A stretch of 64,000 nt of DNA, taken from positions 202,903 through 266,902 of the forward strand of contig CAZLMG010000001.1 in NCBI GenBank assembly GCA_964560765.1. The letters are read 5' to 3'. Shown one piece after another: positions 10,057 through 19,801 of the stretch. The notes under the pieces were generated by a model, which saw nothing but the letters and a program-made list of their open reading frames with translations, ran no database searches and was not told the DNA's origin. Both the position numbers and the translations under genes were made by a program. This DNA comes from an uncultured Oligoflexales bacterium (lineage in GTDB: Bacteria > Bdellovibrionota_B > Oligoflexia > Oligoflexales > CAZLMG01). Positions within the stretch are counted from its first letter, which is position 1. The number at the start of each line of letters is the position of its first letter.

Positions 10057-11492
10057 GGCGCACCTCGTGCGCTGGCAGCCTCGTCAACAAAACGTCGCAA
10101 CAAATTCGCCGCGAGACGCTCACGAAATTGGCGGCTGCCGCGCACATCGCTTAGTGGCGTGATTTCGCTCTGCAGCTGCTGAACAGCAGTTGCAACTGAA
10201 AACCCCTTCATTGGCTGCTGATTGAATCGGCTTTCCGTCTTCTTTAACCGCAATGTTGTTGCGGCAACACCGCCATAGGCGACCCGTACATCGCTCCAGC
10301 ATCCGTCTACCTCGCTCCAACAAAAGGCCGCGTTCACACAAGAAATATCTAAATCGCGCCTTTGCGACACCTTGTACAAACGATACCTCCTGCCAGCGAC
10401 CAATGGAATCTCCACAGCTGAGATCCACTCTTCGGGTTGCAGTGCCAATTCTTTGTAGCCACGATAAAGGGAGGTGATAGGTAACTGACGAGATCCGTCA
10501 GCCCCTTCGATGCAGACGCGAGCCTCGACCGCAAAAAGTAGCGGCAAGGTATCTCCTATCGGCGATGCATTGGCGACGTTGCCAACAAGTGTTGCCACGT
10601 TCTTGATCTGAGGCGAGGCAAAAATATGCAAGAAATCTGCAAACTCCGGCAGGGACTTCGCCACCGCTCCCTCCAACGAGGCCAGTGTCACGCGTGCGCC
10701 AACTCGAAGGGCTTGCGCGTCGATATCAATTTCATATAAGTCTGGTATCAGGTGCAGACTGATCACCTGTAACGGGTCAACGCGCCCCTTATTGATCTGC
10801 ACCCCGACATCCGTAGCTGCCGCCATAATGCGCAAGCCAGGATGCTGTTGACGCAGCACGGAAACGGCCGACAAACTCGTCGGTGCGACAAACATACGCT
10901 CACCGGCCCGAGCATCGATCCGCTGATCAGCATGAGCGCACAAATCAGATACGATCTCGTCCCGGTGATAGCGATCTGCCAAGGTCACATACCCATCTCT
11001 TTCGACCGCAAGCGCGGCATCGATAATGGGCTGGTAACCGGTGCAGCGGCAAAGGTTACCGGTCAAATGGTTCTGCACGCGCTTCGCATTAATTTCTTGT
11101 TCTTGCTCCAACATGCCGGTGATGGCCATCACCATGCCTGGAGTACAGAAGCCACACTGTCCACCGTGATGGGACACCATACTTTGCTGCACGGGAGAAG
11201 GTGTCATGCCATCGGCCAGACCCTCAATGGTCACAATGTGCGAACAGTCCAAGCTGTAGACCGGTGCAATGCAACTATTCATCACTTCGAATTGCAAACG
11301 CTTGCGCGCTCGGTCATTCAGCACCGTTCCTCGCAAGACCGTGCACGCGCCACAGTCACCCTCGGCACATACGATTTTGGTTCCAGTCTGACGCCGACCA
11401 TAACGCAGAAAGTTTGCGAGTGGCAAAAACAGGTTTTCCCCGCGGACTTCCACTCGCTGGCCATTGATATACAATAATGCGTAGTCGCGCAT
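10053..11492 (-). CDS. xdhA: xanthine dehydrogenase, [2Fe-2S]/FAD-binding small subunit
   Basis: CAEGDCGACTV and CGFCTPGMVM are two [2Fe-2S] motifs. The AAATDVGVQ FAD-binding domain and CO-dehydrogenase flavoprotein-like C-terminus follow. Confidence 0.9.
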   Translation of the reverse strand: MRDYALLYINGQRVEVRGENLFLPLANFLRYGRRQTGTKIVCAEGDCGACTVLRGTVLNDRARKRLQFEVMNSCIAPVYSLDCSHIVTIEGLADGMTPSPVQQSMVSHHGGQCGFCTPGMVMAITGMLEQEQEINAKRVQNHLTGNLCRCTGYQPIIDAALAVERDGYVTLADRYHRDEIVSDLCAHADQRIDARAGERMFVAPTSLSAVSVLRQQHPGLRIMAAATDVGVQINKGRVDPLQVISLHLIPDLYEIDIDAQALRVGARVTLASLEGAVAKSLPEFADFLHIFASPQIKNVATLVGNVANASPIGDTLPLLFAVEARVCIEGADGSRQLPITSLYRGYKELALQPEEWISAVEIPLVAGRRYRLYKVSQRRDLDISCVNAAFCWSEVDGCWSDVRVAYGGVAATTLRLKKTESRFNQQPMKGFSVATAVQQLQSEITPLSDVRGSRQFRERLAANLLRRFVDEAASARGAP

Positions 11493-11513
11493 AGCCTCGT
11501 CCTTTCAACGCAT

Positions 11514-12644
11514 TTAAGCGCGCTGACCTTCCATTGCTGCTGCCAAGGCTTGCGTGCAAATATCCACGTGCCTCTGATCGCAGCTCGCCCCCATGAGCCC
11601 AATGCGCCAAATCTTGCCGGACAGTGGGCCAAGACCAGCGCCAATCTCCACGCCATGCTTCTGCAGCAATTCGCGGCGAACCCCAGCCTCATCTATTCCG
11701 TTCGGCACCAACACGGCATTCAGTTGCGGCAAGCGTTCGCGCTCAGGCACTAACCAGTCAAGTCCGAGTGCCAAGAGTGAGCTTAGTAGTAGCTGATGCA
11801 TGTCTCGATGTCGTTGCCAGCGGGCCTTCAAACCCTCCTCCTGCAGCATTAACAACCCTTCGTGCAAGGCGTACAATGCATGAACTGGTGCCGTGTGATG
11901 ATAAGTTCGTCCCCCATCACCACTCCAGTAGTTCAGAATCAAATTGATATCCAAAAACCAACTTTGGACTGGCTTCCTGCGCGATTTAATCGCTGCAACG
12001 GCACGATCGCTGAAGGTGATGGGAGCGAGCCCAGGTGGGCAGGATAGGCATTTCTGGGTGCCCGAATAAACGACATCCAGCTTCCATTCATCGACGCGCA
12101 GCGGCGTACCTGCCAAGGATGTAACGGCGTCCACTAGACTCAGGCAGTCAAATTCATGGGCCAGCGCCCCCAGCGCTTGCGCATCGCTTAGGGCCCCTGT
12201 CGAGGTTTCAGCGTGCACAAACGCCAATACTTTTGTGTCACGATTTATCAGGAGCGCTTCGCGCACGGCCTCCACGTCGATGGCGCGTCCCCAAGGGCTA
12301 TCGACCACCACAACCACGGCACCGCACCGAGTCGCGATCTCGACCATACGTCCGCCAAAAACGCCATTGCAACACACCAAAACCTTATCACCAGGCTCTA
12401 ACAAATTCACCAGCGCCATCTCCATGGCGGCGCTGGCCGGAGCCGAAACGGGAAAGGTCACGGCATTGCGCGTCAAAAATGCGGCGCGAATCAGCTCCTT
12501 TAGTTCATCCATTAGCGCGACGAAGGCGGGATCCAGATGCCCGATGGTGGGACGCGCCATCGCTTGTAGGATGCGCGTTGGCACATCCGATGGACCTGGC
12601 CCCATCAGCACGCGTGTTGGCGGCGAAAACGAACTAACCATCAA
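11514..12644 (-). CDS. class V PLP aminotransferase (serine/alanine-glyoxylate or ureidoglycine-glyoxylate, PucG-like)
   Basis: N-terminal LMGPGPSDVP, the PLP-lysine context YSGTQKCLSCPPG, a length of 376 aa, and a position inside the purine operon. Confidence 0.8.
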   Translation of the reverse strand: MMVSSFSPPTRVLMGPGPSDVPTRILQAMARPTIGHLDPAFVALMDELKELIRAAFLTRNAVTFPVSAPASAAMEMALVNLLEPGDKVLVCCNGVFGGRMVEIATRCGAVVVVVDSPWGRAIDVEAVREALLINRDTKVLAFVHAETSTGALSDAQALGALAHEFDCLSLVDAVTSLAGTPLRVDEWKLDVVYSGTQKCLSCPPGLAPITFSDRAVAAIKSRRKPVQSWFLDINLILNYWSGDGGRTYHHTAPVHALYALHEGLLMLQEEGLKARWQRHRDMHQLLLSSLLALGLDWLVPERERLPQLNAVLVPNGIDEAGVRRELLQKHGVEIGAGLGPLSGKIWRIGLMGASCDQRHVDICTQALAAAMEGQRA

Positions 12645-13984
12645 TGACGTTCCCGTCGATTTTCCACAATCGCCATGAATGATTTACCCTGTACCTCTGC
12701 AAGTGTCAGGCCTGTGGCTAAAACCTCTTGTTCGGTGATGGCCCCGCAATTGAGCGCGCGTAAGAAATAATTCAGCAAGCCCTGTCCGGTAGCGGCATCA
12801 TCAAAAACATCGCCCACCAAGGTTGCTTTTGCGGCCTTGTCGATGAAATTCGTCAAGCGATTGGACGCACTGGCCAAACCCTGCAAGAAAAACGCATACA
12901 GCGCCCCGTAGCGCACCGGCAATTGAGCGGGATGCAAATCCCACCCTTGATAATACGCATGCCGCAGCGAATGGGTCACATGCTGACAGCTAAGGGCCCA
13001 GGCGCGGTGCACGACGCGGCGATTTTCCTCCCACTCTTGCTCGGATTTTGGCTCCTTATGAGGGCCAATGGGCATAACATTGGTCGCACCGTCAGACAGA
13101 AAGATACCCGTTCCCGCCAAGGCCACCTTCATCACGTGCCGAGCGAAGTCACAAGCAGGATGATCCATGACTTGCTGATCAGCAGTTATATCGACCGACG
13201 CCGTATAGTCGTAAGTACCAAAATGTGCGCCGCGACAACGTACGCCAGCGAGGCGAACGAACTCATAGAGTGCAACGTGGCCATTCGAATGGAAGACTGA
13301 CTGAGGAGTTTCAATCATCATTTCCATAAGTAGTGAGTCGGCAGGCAACCCTGACTTACTTTCCAGCGCCATAAGGATTTCACAAAACACAGCCACTTGC
13401 TGGGGATGCGTGATTTTTGGCAAGGTCACCACAAAACCTGGCGGCAGCTTGCCACCCGTACGGTCCAACAAAGTCGCCAGAAATATATCCAGCGTTCGAA
13501 TGGAGCGTCGCTTATTCTCTTCGGAAAGAGATTTGATGCGAATGCCAGTGAACGGCGAGATCGTGCCGTTGGCCATGCCCATGGCCAGTTCTGCCGCCGC
13601 TTGGACCGCTGTCTCGTCTTCTTCTGCATCCGGTCGATAGCCGTAGCCATCTTCAAAATCGATACGAAAGTCCTCGACTGCTTCTGCCGCCAGCTTTCGG
13701 CCAACTCGGGCATGCACCTGCTCCATCATCGGACTCATGGGCAACCCGAGCCCTGCAGCAAACTCCGCCGGTGTGCGGGCATATTGAGCAAAGGTTTGTC
13801 GTGCCATTTCACCGATGCGCTGCGTGGTCGCTGACTTGAAGAGATGCGCGCCACCATACACCGTGTGTACGGGCTGACGATCGCCGCGCTCTCCACGATA
13901 ATAGTCTAGCGTCTCCTGATTGGGCCCACGCAGTCGCTCCAACATGGCCTGACGTTGCGCCTGCTGCAGAATTTCTTTCGCCAC
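12641..13984 (-). CDS. uncharacterised enzyme-like protein, possibly malate synthase/HpcH-type TIM barrel
   Basis: 447 aa with 4-nt overlaps at both ends inside the purine operon. The only motif I can point to is FRIDFEDGYG, which recalls the DFED catalytic loop of malate synthases. It is too short for malate synthase A or G. Confidence 0.6.
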   Translation of the reverse strand: MAKEILQQAQRQAMLERLRGPNQETLDYYRGERGDRQPVHTVYGGAHLFKSATTQRIGEMARQTFAQYARTPAEFAAGLGLPMSPMMEQVHARVGRKLAAEAVEDFRIDFEDGYGYRPDAEEDETAVQAAAELAMGMANGTISPFTGIRIKSLSEENKRRSIRTLDIFLATLLDRTGGKLPPGFVVTLPKITHPQQVAVFCEILMALESKSGLPADSLLMEMMIETPQSVFHSNGHVALYEFVRLAGVRCRGAHFGTYDYTASVDITADQQVMDHPACDFARHVMKVALAGTGIFLSDGATNVMPIGPHKEPKSEQEWEENRRVVHRAWALSCQHVTHSLRHAYYQGWDLHPAQLPVRYGALYAFFLQGLASASNRLTNFIDKAAKATLVGDVFDDAATGQGLLNYFLRALNCGAITEQEVLATGLTLAEVQGKSFMAIVENRRERH

Positions 13985-13986
13985 AA

Positions 13987-14328
13987 TTAACTCCCGCGAT
14001 AAGTAGAAAAACCCCAGCCGCTAATCAGCAGAGGAACGTGGTAATGACTCACACCTTCGGTCACTTGAAACACGATATCCGCATAGGGATAAAATGTATC
14101 GCGCCCTTGCATTGCGAAGTAGGGACCTGTTTCGAATCGAAGGCGATACACTCCCGCCACTAACTGTTTACCTTTCGGCAACACGTCCTTCCAACGCCCA
14201 TCGGCGTCAGTCCGCCCACTGGCCAGTTCTTGCCAATCCTCTCCATCCAGGCGGCAGAGAAAAGCCGACATACCCTCGGCAGGCAGTCCTCGCGAGGTGT
14301 CGAGAACATGTGTCGAAATCGTACTCAT
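13987..14328 (-). CDS. uraH: 5-hydroxyisourate hydrolase (transthyretin-like)
   Basis: Has the hallmark C-terminal tetrapeptide YRGS and an N-terminal STHVLDTSRGLPAEG. I start it at ATG 14328, which forms ATGA with the uraD stop. The ORF track start is 14364. Confidence 0.9.
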   Translation of the reverse strand: MSTISTHVLDTSRGLPAEGMSAFLCRLDGEDWQELASGRTDADGRWKDVLPKGKQLVAGVYRLRFETGPYFAMQGRDTFYPYADIVFQVTEGVSHYHVPLLISGWGFSTYRGS

Positions 14329-14825
14329 AGTAACTTCTCCAAGCGCAACTTGGTTATCTTCCACTGCTCAGTCGCAGCTTGTGCCAACTCCTCTGAACGC
14401 GTGCGCAACACTCGCTCGCGGATAAGATCCAGCATCTCCGGCGCGGTTTTACCCGTGGCGCAAACAATGAAAATGAAACCGAACTTCGATTCATAGGTGG
14501 CATTGAGTTGCGCTAACTCAGTGAGGATGGAATCAGATGCCGCATCCATACCGGACTGCTCGTTTTCGGACCAGGCACGGTCGCCACCGTATTTTGCCCG
14601 CAACGAATGCATATCGCCAATTTTCGGGTGACCAGCAAACGCTTCCAGCCAATCCGCCTCGGGTAGCACCCACCAGGCCTCGCGCCCACGCCGGAGCAAG
14701 TCATCAGCATCCAAAAATGGTCGCGACGCCAACATCGTTTCGACCCAACGTCGACTCGAACAACACCGGGCCAGTGCCGCACGGGCGTGATCCGCCTCCC
14801 AGTTATTCAGCGACTGCACATTCAC
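14325..14825 (-). CDS. uraD: OHCU (2-oxo-4-hydroxy-4-carboxy-5-ureidoimidazoline) decarboxylase
   Basis: CCSSRRWVETMLASRPF ... AFAGHPKIGD matches the OHCU decarboxylase signature region. 166 aa. Confidence 0.9.
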   Translation of the reverse strand: MNVQSLNNWEADHARAALARCCSSRRWVETMLASRPFLDADDLLRRGREAWWVLPEADWLEAFAGHPKIGDMHSLRAKYGGDRAWSENEQSGMDAASDSILTELAQLNATYESKFGFIFIVCATGKTAPEMLDLIRERVLRTRSEELAQAATEQWKITKLRLEKLL

Positions 14826-15814
14826 GGAGCAACAATCCCCCAGCAGCGCATTCGACTGATGCCACCATCAGGATAAATGTTCAAACGCACATGACTGACC
14901 GGACCAACGTCCTGAAGTTCCTTGTCGAAGAAATGTTGCGTGTCAGCGGAAAGTTTCGTTTCCGGCAACATCACCTTCCACTCCTCATCTTGCAGCTTCA
15001 AGGGATCGCGCCCCTTGGCATCACAGGCCCAGATAGCGGCACGATCCGGATAATTGCCCTTGAAATGGGCTGTATCGATTTCAACTTTGTGAATGCGACC
15101 ACGGGTCGCGCATTCAACAACGCACCAGTCGTAGCCTGGAACTCGGCGACGACGCGTTTCCCACCCATCCCCCATATTCACACCACGCCCCGGCATGATG
15201 AGATTGTCCTTTGAACCAAAGAACATATCGTTGCAACCAGCTACCCGTCCGCCATTAGCGGCGGCAACCAAATCGATTTCTTTTCCAGCGACGCGTTCGA
15301 CATCAAGTACAGCACGCCCATAGACGCGAAAGCGCGCCACGCCGCCATCCGGGTAAATCTGCAGACGTACATGCGTCGCCAACTTTGGAGTCGGCACGGT
15401 GAAGAAATTTTGGCTGCCAGGCTGCAATGGCGACTTCGGCAGCAGCGGCTGCCAATCGACATTGTTGTCGGGATCGCTGGCGGAGTAGCAAACTTCGACC
15501 GAGGCAAAGGGCGGGTGATTGCCTAAGAAGTGGTTCGTATCGATATCGAGCTCTTCAATTTTGCCGGCCGCCCCCAGGCGTAAAATGCAGGCATCATTGC
15601 CTGGAACACGCCGGCGCTTGGACTCCCAGCCATCCATCCACTTGCCCACATCCGTGTACTTATCTGGAATAAAAATTCCGCGTCCCGGCTTGATTAAATT
15701 CTCTTTTTCCGCAAAGAACTCATCATTGGCCCACAACACCTTGGTACCCAATCGGGCATCCGCCAAATTCACCCATGTTGAAGTCCTAACATTTGCATCC
15801 ATCGGCCCAGCCAT
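14822..15814 (-). CDS. alc: allantoicase
   Basis: Duplicated allantoicase repeat (ANDEFFAEKENLIKP...GWESKRRR and NDMFFGSKDNLIMP...GWETRRRR). The start is set at the internal ATG whose A is shared with the allB stop (TGATG at 15812-15816). The ORF track start is 15859. Confidence 0.9.
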   Translation of the reverse strand: MAGPMDANVRTSTWVNLADARLGTKVLWANDEFFAEKENLIKPGRGIFIPDKYTDVGKWMDGWESKRRRVPGNDACILRLGAAGKIEELDIDTNHFLGNHPPFASVEVCYSASDPDNNVDWQPLLPKSPLQPGSQNFFTVPTPKLATHVRLQIYPDGGVARFRVYGRAVLDVERVAGKEIDLVAAANGGRVAGCNDMFFGSKDNLIMPGRGVNMGDGWETRRRRVPGYDWCVVECATRGRIHKVEIDTAHFKGNYPDRAAIWACDAKGRDPLKLQDEEWKVMLPETKLSADTQHFFDKELQDVGPVSHVRLNIYPDGGISRMRCWGIVAP

Positions 15815-17175
15815 CACGTCATCCTTAGAAGAGGTTTTCCCACTGCTTCGCCCACACACTGCCCATCACGAAAAATACATGCCCCACCAAGATAGGTGCG
15901 ATTCACCACACCGCGCAGGGTCATGTCTACGTACGGCGTAATCGAATGCTTATGCCGCAACTGTTCAGGTCGGACTTGAAAACTTGCGTCCGGATCCCAA
16001 ACGACAAAATCAGCCGCACACCCTGCCACCATTCGGCCCCTGGTCGCGCCCAGTCGCCCCAGTAAGCGCGTAGGGCCGAGACACAACAGCCTTACCAAGT
16101 CGGGCAGCGAACCGCCGCGCTGCTGCCAGCCAGTCCACACTAAAGGCAGTGTCAATTGCAAACCTGCAATTCCGCCCCAGGCCAAATCCAAATCTTCGTC
16201 CTGCATGCGCTTCAGTGCGGGAGTGCAAGGCGAGTGGTCAGAAACCACAAAATCAATCGTTCGCTCAACCAGGCCACGCCAAAGCGAACTCTGATTTTCG
16301 CCATCGCGAATAGGAGGGCAGCACTTGAACAACTGCCGCGGCACCTCTTCCTGGGCATCCACTCCCTCCGATGAAAACGTAAGGTAATGGGGACATGTCT
16401 CCACCGTCAGCGGCAAACCCTCTGCCTTGGCTTCGGCAATGAGCGGTAAAGCCGACGCTGCCGCCAAATGCACGATGTGCGCATGGGTGCCATGTTTGCG
16501 AACGCCCTCAATCACACCGCGTATGGCGTCCTCTTCCCAACGCGCCGGCCGGGACGCGACAAAATCACTGTAGGTCCGCAGTGGCGCGGTCGCTGCCGTA
16601 GGCCCCTCCCATTCGGCGTGAAAAAGATACGGCACGCCAAACGCTCGCAGGATCGGCATGGCTGCATCCACGTGCTGCCATGTTACTGGGGGAAACTCAG
16701 GAATGCCCGAATCGATGAGAAAGGACTTTACACCTAAAACACCAGCATCTAACAAGGCCTCAAGGTCGGGAAGATTGTCGGCGGTCACTCCGCCCCAAAA
16801 GCCACAATTGACCCAGAGCTTGCCCCGAACTTCAGCCAGCTTGGTGGCAAAAGCCGGCGCTGTCGTCGTCACTGGTAGGCAGTTGAGCGGCATGTCGACT
16901 ACGGTGGTAATCCCACCAGCGGCTGCAGCTTGCGTGGCCGTGGCAAAGCCCTCCCACTCGGTACGACCGGGCTCGTTGATATGGACGTGTGAGTCCACCA
17001 ATCCGGGCATAATCACAAGATTGCCCAGATCCTCAACGTCTCCGGAAAAATCGACGGGCAGAGCCTCAGCCACGCTCAGAATCCGACCATCTTGATAGAC
17101 GACGTAAGCGGGCACGACCTGATCATCGATCACAACACGACTACTGCGTATGGCACGCGGTTCATCAGGGCGCAT
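15814..17175 (-). CDS. allB: allantoinase (cyclic amidohydrolase)
   Basis: VMPGLVDSHVHINEPGRTEWEGFATATQAAAAGGITTVVDMP is the typical allantoinase metal-binding N-terminal region. The start is ambiguous (17175 or 17220); either overlaps the puuD 3' end. Confidence 0.9.
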   Translation of the reverse strand: MRPDEPRAIRSSRVVIDDQVVPAYVVYQDGRILSVAEALPVDFSGDVEDLGNLVIMPGLVDSHVHINEPGRTEWEGFATATQAAAAGGITTVVDMPLNCLPVTTTAPAFATKLAEVRGKLWVNCGFWGGVTADNLPDLEALLDAGVLGVKSFLIDSGIPEFPPVTWQHVDAAMPILRAFGVPYLFHAEWEGPTAATAPLRTYSDFVASRPARWEEDAIRGVIEGVRKHGTHAHIVHLAAASALPLIAEAKAEGLPLTVETCPHYLTFSSEGVDAQEEVPRQLFKCCPPIRDGENQSSLWRGLVERTIDFVVSDHSPCTPALKRMQDEDLDLAWGGIAGLQLTLPLVWTGWQQRGGSLPDLVRLLCLGPTRLLGRLGATRGRMVAGCAADFVVWDPDASFQVRPEQLRHKHSITPYVDMTLRGVVNRTYLGGACIFRDGQCVGEAVGKPLLRMT

Positions 17176-18385
17176 GCATTGCTCCTTGACGCGCCCGTTG
17201 TGCGGACCGCCAACCGGCATACCATCTCCCCAACATTTGCCGCTCGACGGCTGATAGCTGAGTCTTATTTCCGACTGGCATGGTCATCGTTTCCACAGCT
17301 CGAAAATGGATGCGCTCGGCAAACCGCTCAATCTCAGCATCGGTCTCCAAAGTAACACCACCAGGCATGGGCCCGAAGGTGTTATCTTTGGGCTCACGCG
17401 CATGGCAGGGAACACAGCGGGTATGAATGATCGCACGTACCTCCGATAATGATACCGGTGTCGCCGAGGCCTGCTCGATGGGCATTGGCTGCTGATTCAC
17501 CACCGCTGCCATCGCCGCAGCCGTACCCAACAGCGGGGCCAAAACCCAAAGCCACGGTTGGCGTTTTGTCTGCAAAATCATCGCATGCCGCGCCAACATG
17601 CCGCCAACCACGAGGAGCAATAGCAGGAGCCAATTCAGCGAATGGCCATAGGCCTGGGGCGCATGGTTGCTCAGCATGATGAATAACACCGGCAGCGTTA
17701 GATAGCTGTTGTGTACAGATCGCCGCTTGGCCTTCTTACCTTCTTCAAAATCCGGCGTCGTTCCAGCTTTAGTTGCCGCAATCATGCGGCTCTGTGACGG
17801 TAAGATGCGGATCCAAACGTTCAGCACCATGATCGTTCCGAACATGGCACCGAGCTGCATAAAAGCACCGCGCCCACTGTAGATCTGACAGAGGAAATAT
17901 GCTGTAGCCACCATCATGCTCGACATGATGGGGTGGGCTACCCAAGCGGTTCTTGACCACCGACTGAGGAAGAAGAGATCATACACGATCCAACTGATCG
18001 CCAACAAAACTATGCTCAATCCTGCTGCCATCCCTGGGGTTAAGACAGGCATGGTCGGATTTAACAACAGCAGGCTATTGCCAGCGTAGTAGACAAATCC
18101 GAGTAGAAAAATGCCGGTAATCCACGTAATGGTTGCTTCCCACTTGAACCAATGCAGAACCGTCGGCATCGATCCAGGGCCAATTTTACGCCGTTCGACT
18201 TGATAGAATCCGCCGCTGTGCACCATCCACAGCGAGCCTTCAGAAAGTGGATCTTGACCAGAACTCGGCTCCAAATTGGCATCAAGCCACATGAAGTAAA
18301 AGGAATTACCAATCCACATGATGCCGGCAATGACATGCAGCCAGCGCATCAGGTAGATGAGCCAATCGTTTGGAACCCATTCCAT
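17165..18385 (-). CDS. puuD: membrane-bound cytochrome-c urate hydroxylase PuuD
   Basis: A polytopic membrane N-terminal region plus a C-terminal mono-haem c domain (RCVPCHAREPKD). This matches the PuuD architecture, and it is the first gene of the urate-to-glyoxylate operon. Confidence 0.8.
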   Translation of the reverse strand: MEWVPNDWLIYLMRWLHVIAGIMWIGNSFYFMWLDANLEPSSGQDPLSEGSLWMVHSGGFYQVERRKIGPGSMPTVLHWFKWEATITWITGIFLLGFVYYAGNSLLLLNPTMPVLTPGMAAGLSIVLLAISWIVYDLFFLSRWSRTAWVAHPIMSSMMVATAYFLCQIYSGRGAFMQLGAMFGTIMVLNVWIRILPSQSRMIAATKAGTTPDFEEGKKAKRRSVHNSYLTLPVLFIMLSNHAPQAYGHSLNWLLLLLLVVGGMLARHAMILQTKRQPWLWVLAPLLGTAAAMAAVVNQQPMPIEQASATPVSLSEVRAIIHTRCVPCHAREPKDNTFGPMPGGVTLETDAEIERFAERIHFRAVETMTMPVGNKTQLSAVERQMLGRWYAGWRSAQRARQGAMHAP

Positions 18386-18405
18386 GCGTATCTCTCGAGT
18401 GTTAT

Positions 18406-18421
18406 CTGTTGAAGTTAACAG
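18406..18421. promoter_or_regulatory. inverted repeat CTGTT-N6-AACAG in the puuD / octahaem-cytochrome divergent region; candidate operator
   Basis: ctgttgaagttaacag read directly, about 20 nt upstream of the puuD ATG. No cognate regulator gene was identified in the window. Confidence 0.2.
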
Positions 18422-18556
18422 CGAAATTTATTGAATTTTAGGGAGAAAATCAAGCTCACTTCCCCTGACGGCCCGAGCATCTCAGCGACAGATCGCGTAG
18501 AATGCCTAGACAGCCTTGAAGTCTCGAATATTACCCAAGAATACTCGGGGAGCTAC

Positions 18557-19801
18557 ATGGAAGCAAAACGGACGCAATTGCTGACAGCCTTCTTGATTGG
18601 AACCGGCATCACCGCCATCCTTGCTGGCAGCGCCTATCTCGTCCATCAGCATCGCCCGCGATCAGACCTCACCCGCAGCACCGCCGAGGAAATTCGCGCC
18701 ACTGGCAAATGTGCCGAGTGCCATGTCCACGTGACGAAAGGTGTCCTGGAACACTTCACCCGCAGCAAGCATCATGACGTGGGAGTTACCTGTCTCGATT
18801 GCCACAAGCCGCATAAGGGTCAAGATGGCCTGGATCATAACGGTTTTGAGATCACTCGCGATGTCACCGCCTTGAATTGCGCCGGTTGCCATGAGGAAGA
18901 ATACCGGCAATTTGCGGTCTCGCGCCACGCCGGCGCGTCTTGGGGTGCTGTGCATGGCGCCAAGGACTTTTCGCCGGCGCAGCTTGAAATGACGGAAAGG
19001 GCCCACCCAGATTCAGCAAATCGGCCGCCACATGCACTGGTGGCGCTCCAGGGCGATGCCGCCGCCAAAAGTGGTTGCGAATCCTGTCACAGCATCGGCA
19101 AGCCCAATGCCGATGGCTCGTTCGGTCAATGCACCGAGTGTCACTCGGTACATAATCCGTCGGTTCGCCTAGCGCGCCTGCCGGAAACTTGCGGTCAGTG
19201 CCACATGGGACCCGACCACTCGCAGTTGGAAATTTACAACGAGTCAAAACACGGAGTACTCTTTCGCGCCGAGCAACACACCTATAATTTGAGCCGAGCG
19301 CCGAAGGAGCTGCGCGTCAACGACATGCCTGTTCCTACCTGTTCTACCTGCCACATGTCCGGGCTTGAAGGGAGAGCGGTTACTCACAATGTCAGTGAGC
19401 GCCTATCTTATTGGCTATTTTCGGCCATTTCCGACAAGCGCCCGAACTTTGACATGGCGCGTGGGCAAATGCAGATGATCTGCGGCAACTGTCACGCCTT
19501 CAGCAAAGTGCTAGCCGTTTACGAGGCGGCGGACGCGGTCGTGGAAAACACCAATAAGCGCGTTGCTGAGGCCATGAATATCTATGAAGGGCTAAAGCGA
19601 GATGGATTGTTAACACCAGCACCCTTTGATGAGGCCATCGACTTCCTGATCTTTGACCTATGGCATTACTACGGGCGCACCGCCAAACACGGCGCATTCA
19701 TGGGCGGCGGCGATTTTGTCCAGTGGCATGGCAATTACGAAATTATGCACAGTTTAACCAAGCTGCAAGAGATGGAAAAGGCGCTGCGAGGCAAAAAATG
19801 A
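18557..19801 (+). CDS. membrane-anchored octahaem c-type cytochrome (HAO/ONR-like by haem count and size)
   Basis: Eight CxxCH motifs: CAECH, CLDCH, CAGCH, CESCH, CTECH, CGQCH, CSTCH, CGNCH. The start is set at ATG 18557 (GGGGAG upstream) rather than TTG 18431. It has an N-terminal TM helix, LLTAFLIGTGITAILAGSAYLV. Confidence 0.85.
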   Translation: MEAKRTQLLTAFLIGTGITAILAGSAYLVHQHRPRSDLTRSTAEEIRATGKCAECHVHVTKGVLEHFTRSKHHDVGVTCLDCHKPHKGQDGLDHNGFEITRDVTALNCAGCHEEEYRQFAVSRHAGASWGAVHGAKDFSPAQLEMTERAHPDSANRPPHALVALQGDAAAKSGCESCHSIGKPNADGSFGQCTECHSVHNPSVRLARLPETCGQCHMGPDHSQLEIYNESKHGVLFRAEQHTYNLSRAPKELRVNDMPVPTCSTCHMSGLEGRAVTHNVSERLSYWLFSAISDKRPNFDMARGQMQMICGNCHAFSKVLAVYEAADAVVENTNKRVAEAMNIYEGLKRDGLLTPAPFDEAIDFLIFDLWHYYGRTAKHGAFMGGGDFVQWHGNYEIMHSLTKLQEMEKALRGKK

